Shown here piece after piece: positions 62,248 to 64,000 of a DNA stretch of 64,000 nucleotides; positions within the stretch are counted from its first letter, which is position 1; the number at the start of each line of letters is the position of its first letter. The notes below the pieces were generated by a model, which worked only from the letters and a program-made list of their open reading frames with translations, did no database searches and was not told the DNA's origin. Source of the stretch: an uncultured Clostridia bacterium (lineage in GTDB: Bacteria > Bacillota > Clostridia > TANB77 > CAG-508); the NCBI GenBank assembly GCA_947624195.1, contig CANQJH010000001.1:49233-113232 (forward strand). Direction: 5' to 3'. A program made the translations under genes and the position numbers.

Positions 62248-62892
62248 TTACTTTTTAAAACTAAGCTTATTTTCTGTTCCTTGAGCTAATCTTTTGATAT
62301 TTTCTCTATGGTTGAACACTACTATTATAGCCATTATTACTGCATATATAACATAGTTTATATGAGCTTGTTGTCCACCAACTATATAATTTACGTTTGT
62401 AAAAATGCATAATATTGGGTATAAAATTGCTGTAGCGATAGATCCAATTGACACCATTCTAGATAATGCAATAAGAATTAATGCATATACTAAGCAGATT
62501 AGACCTACTTCCCAATTGACCATCAATATAACTCCTAAAGCTGTTGCAACACCTTTGCCACCTTTAAATTTGAAAAATACAGGAAAAGTATGTCCAACAA
62601 TAACGAATATACCAGCTAATTGAACTAATATAGCTCTAACTTGTTCATCAGCTTTTATCATCTCACCAACAAGTAAAGCTACCAAAACTGCTGCAACTCC
62701 TTTCAATAAATCACATAATAAAGTAAGGGCTGCTAGTCCTTTTCCAGCTGTTCTTAACACATTGGTGGTTCCAGCATTTCCGCTTCCCTTTTCCCTTACA
62801 TCAAATCCAGCAAACCTTTTTGTAAAAATTACCGAAAAACTTACGCTTCCAATTAAATAAGCTACAATTGCTACTACAAAATAATTAATCAT
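62248..62892 (-). CDS. plsY: glycerol-3-phosphate acyltransferase PlsY
   Basis: FDVREKGSGNAGTTNVLRTAGK motif; polytopic membrane protein. Confidence 0.9.
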   Translation of the reverse strand: MINYFVVAIVAYLIGSVSFSVIFTKRFAGFDVREKGSGNAGTTNVLRTAGKGLAALTLLCDLLKGVAAVLVALLVGEMIKADEQVRAILVQLAGIFVIVGHTFPVFFKFKGGKGVATALGVILMVNWEVGLICLVYALILIALSRMVSIGSIATAILYPILCIFTNVNYIVGGQQAHINYVIYAVIMAIIVVFNHRENIKRLAQGTENKLSFKK

Positions 62893-64000
62893 CTTCTTTT
62901 TCCTTCCTTTCTCTAATTAATATTCTAATTGGTGTTCCACTAAAATCGAATTCTTGTCTTAATTTATTAATTAAGTATCTTTCATATGAAAAGTGGAATA
63001 ATTTTCTGCTATTTACAAAAACAGCAAACGTTGGCGGTTTTGTGCTAACTTGTGTCATATAATAAATTTTAAGTCTTCTTCCTTTGTCTGTTGGTGGTTG
63101 AACTATTGACACCGCTTCAGCCAATAATTCATTTAGATTAGATGTGCTTATCCTTAAAGAATTAAAATTTGATACCTTATTTATAAGTTCAAATATCTTA
63201 TCTATTCTTTGTCCTGTTTTAGCTGAGATAAATATAATTGGTGCATATGATAAATATGCTAATTTGTTGTATACATCCTTTTTGTATTGCTCTACAGTGC
63301 CATCATCTTTATTGTACTCGTCCCATTTATTTATTGCAATTATTATGGCTTTACCTGCTTCATGTGCCATACCTGCAATTTTAGTATCTTGCTCTGTTAC
63401 ACCCTCATTAGCATCTATCATAAGTACACACACATCAGCTCTTTCAATTGCTAAATTTGTTCGTAATATGCTGTATTTTTCAATGTCTTCTTCTATTTTG
63501 TTATGTTTTCTAAGCCCTGCAGTATCTATAAAAGTATATTTTCCATATTTATTTTCATAATCAGTGTCTATTGCATCTCTTGTTGTACCAGCAATATCGC
63601 TTACTATAAGTCTGTTTTCTCCTAAAATCTTGTTAATTAGTGATGACTTTCCTACATTAGGCTTTCCTATTACAGCAACTTTAATTCGCTCATCATCATT
63701 ATCTTCATCATCTTCTTTAGGTAACTGCTCATATATTATATCAAGAATATCACCTATACCTTTTGCATTTGCTGATGATATAGCATGTGGTTCTCCTAAT
63801 CCTAGATTATAAAATTCATAAATGTCATTTTCCGATTTTTTAAAATCATCAACTTTATTGCAAACTAATATTACTTTTTTATTAGCCTTTTTTAACATAA
63901 GTGCTATTTCTCTATCCAAACTCGTAATGCCAGTTTTAACATCTGTCATAAATATTACTAAATCAGCCAAATCAATTGCAATCTCAGCTTGTAGATGCAT
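62885..64000 (-). CDS. der: GTPase Der (EngA); 5' end lies beyond the window
   Basis: Second GTPase domain (GKPNVGKSSLIN), the tail of the first G domain, and a KH-like C-terminus. The ORF is open at the window edge. Confidence 0.85.
   Translation of the reverse strand: MHLQAEIAIDLADLVIFMTDVKTGITSLDREIALMLKKANKKVILVCNKVDDFKKSENDIYEFYNLGLGEPHAISSANAKGIGDILDIIYEQLPKEDDEDNDDERIKVAVIGKPNVGKSSLINKILGENRLIVSDIAGTTRDAIDTDYENKYGKYTFIDTAGLRKHNKIEEDIEKYSILRTNLAIERADVCVLMIDANEGVTEQDTKIAGMAHEAGKAIIIAINKWDEYNKDDGTVEQYKKDVYNKLAYLSYAPIIFISAKTGQRIDKIFELINKVSNFNSLRISTSNLNELLAEAVSIVQPPTDKGRRLKIYYMTQVSTKPPTFAVFVNSRKLFHFSYERYLINKLRQEFDFSGTPIRILIRERKEKEDD

Noticed and set aside
1-64000. CRISPR arrays, tRNA or rRNA genes, and intact insertion sequences
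   Set aside because: No direct-repeat/spacer periodicity, no tRNA-like cloverleaf candidates in intergenic regions and no rRNA-like conserved blocks were seen. The only transposase is a C-terminal stump.

Overview
This window is low-GC Firmicutes chromosome, probably a spore-forming clostridial organism. It carries a fatty-acid biosynthesis cluster (fabG, fabF, accB, fabZ, accC, accD, accA, fabI), uvrB and uvrA, murD, secA, prfB, rho, the sporulation genes yabP, yabQ and divIC, two acetate kinase paralogs with pta, purA, an RNase P RNA, tex, gpsA, plsY and a partial der. Between about 7.7 kb and 28.5 kb the backbone is interrupted by what looks like a chromosomal diversity-generating retroelement (DGR). 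A reverse transcriptase at 26185..27321 carries the DGR-diagnostic IGNLTSQ motif and a YVDD active site. Four paralogous genes (8083..9399, 9784..11076, 20599..21807, 24995..25981) encode proteins that share a conserved pilin-like N-terminal anchor lacking the canonical Phe+1 and Glu+5, followed by a coiled-coil stalk. Their C-terminal domains look like C-type-lectin folds: FGE-sulfatase-like in the first pair and DUF1566-like in the second. Those 3' ends are strongly adenine-depleted, GC-rich and use rare codons. Three of the four genes (8083..9399, 20599..21807, 24995..25981) are followed by GC-stem hairpins with no U-tract. Together this is the footprint expected of DGR variable regions. 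I could not find a cognate template repeat or an avd gene anywhere in the window. The element is therefore either decayed, or its template lies elsewhere in the genome. The same neighbourhood contains duplicated promoter regions with a perfect palindromic operator-like site, a duplicated fragment of a 144-aa gene, an IS256-family transposase remnant, a RelE/ParE toxin-antitoxin pair, a truncated cysE, and an apparent inversion that leaves uvrB and uvrA divergent.
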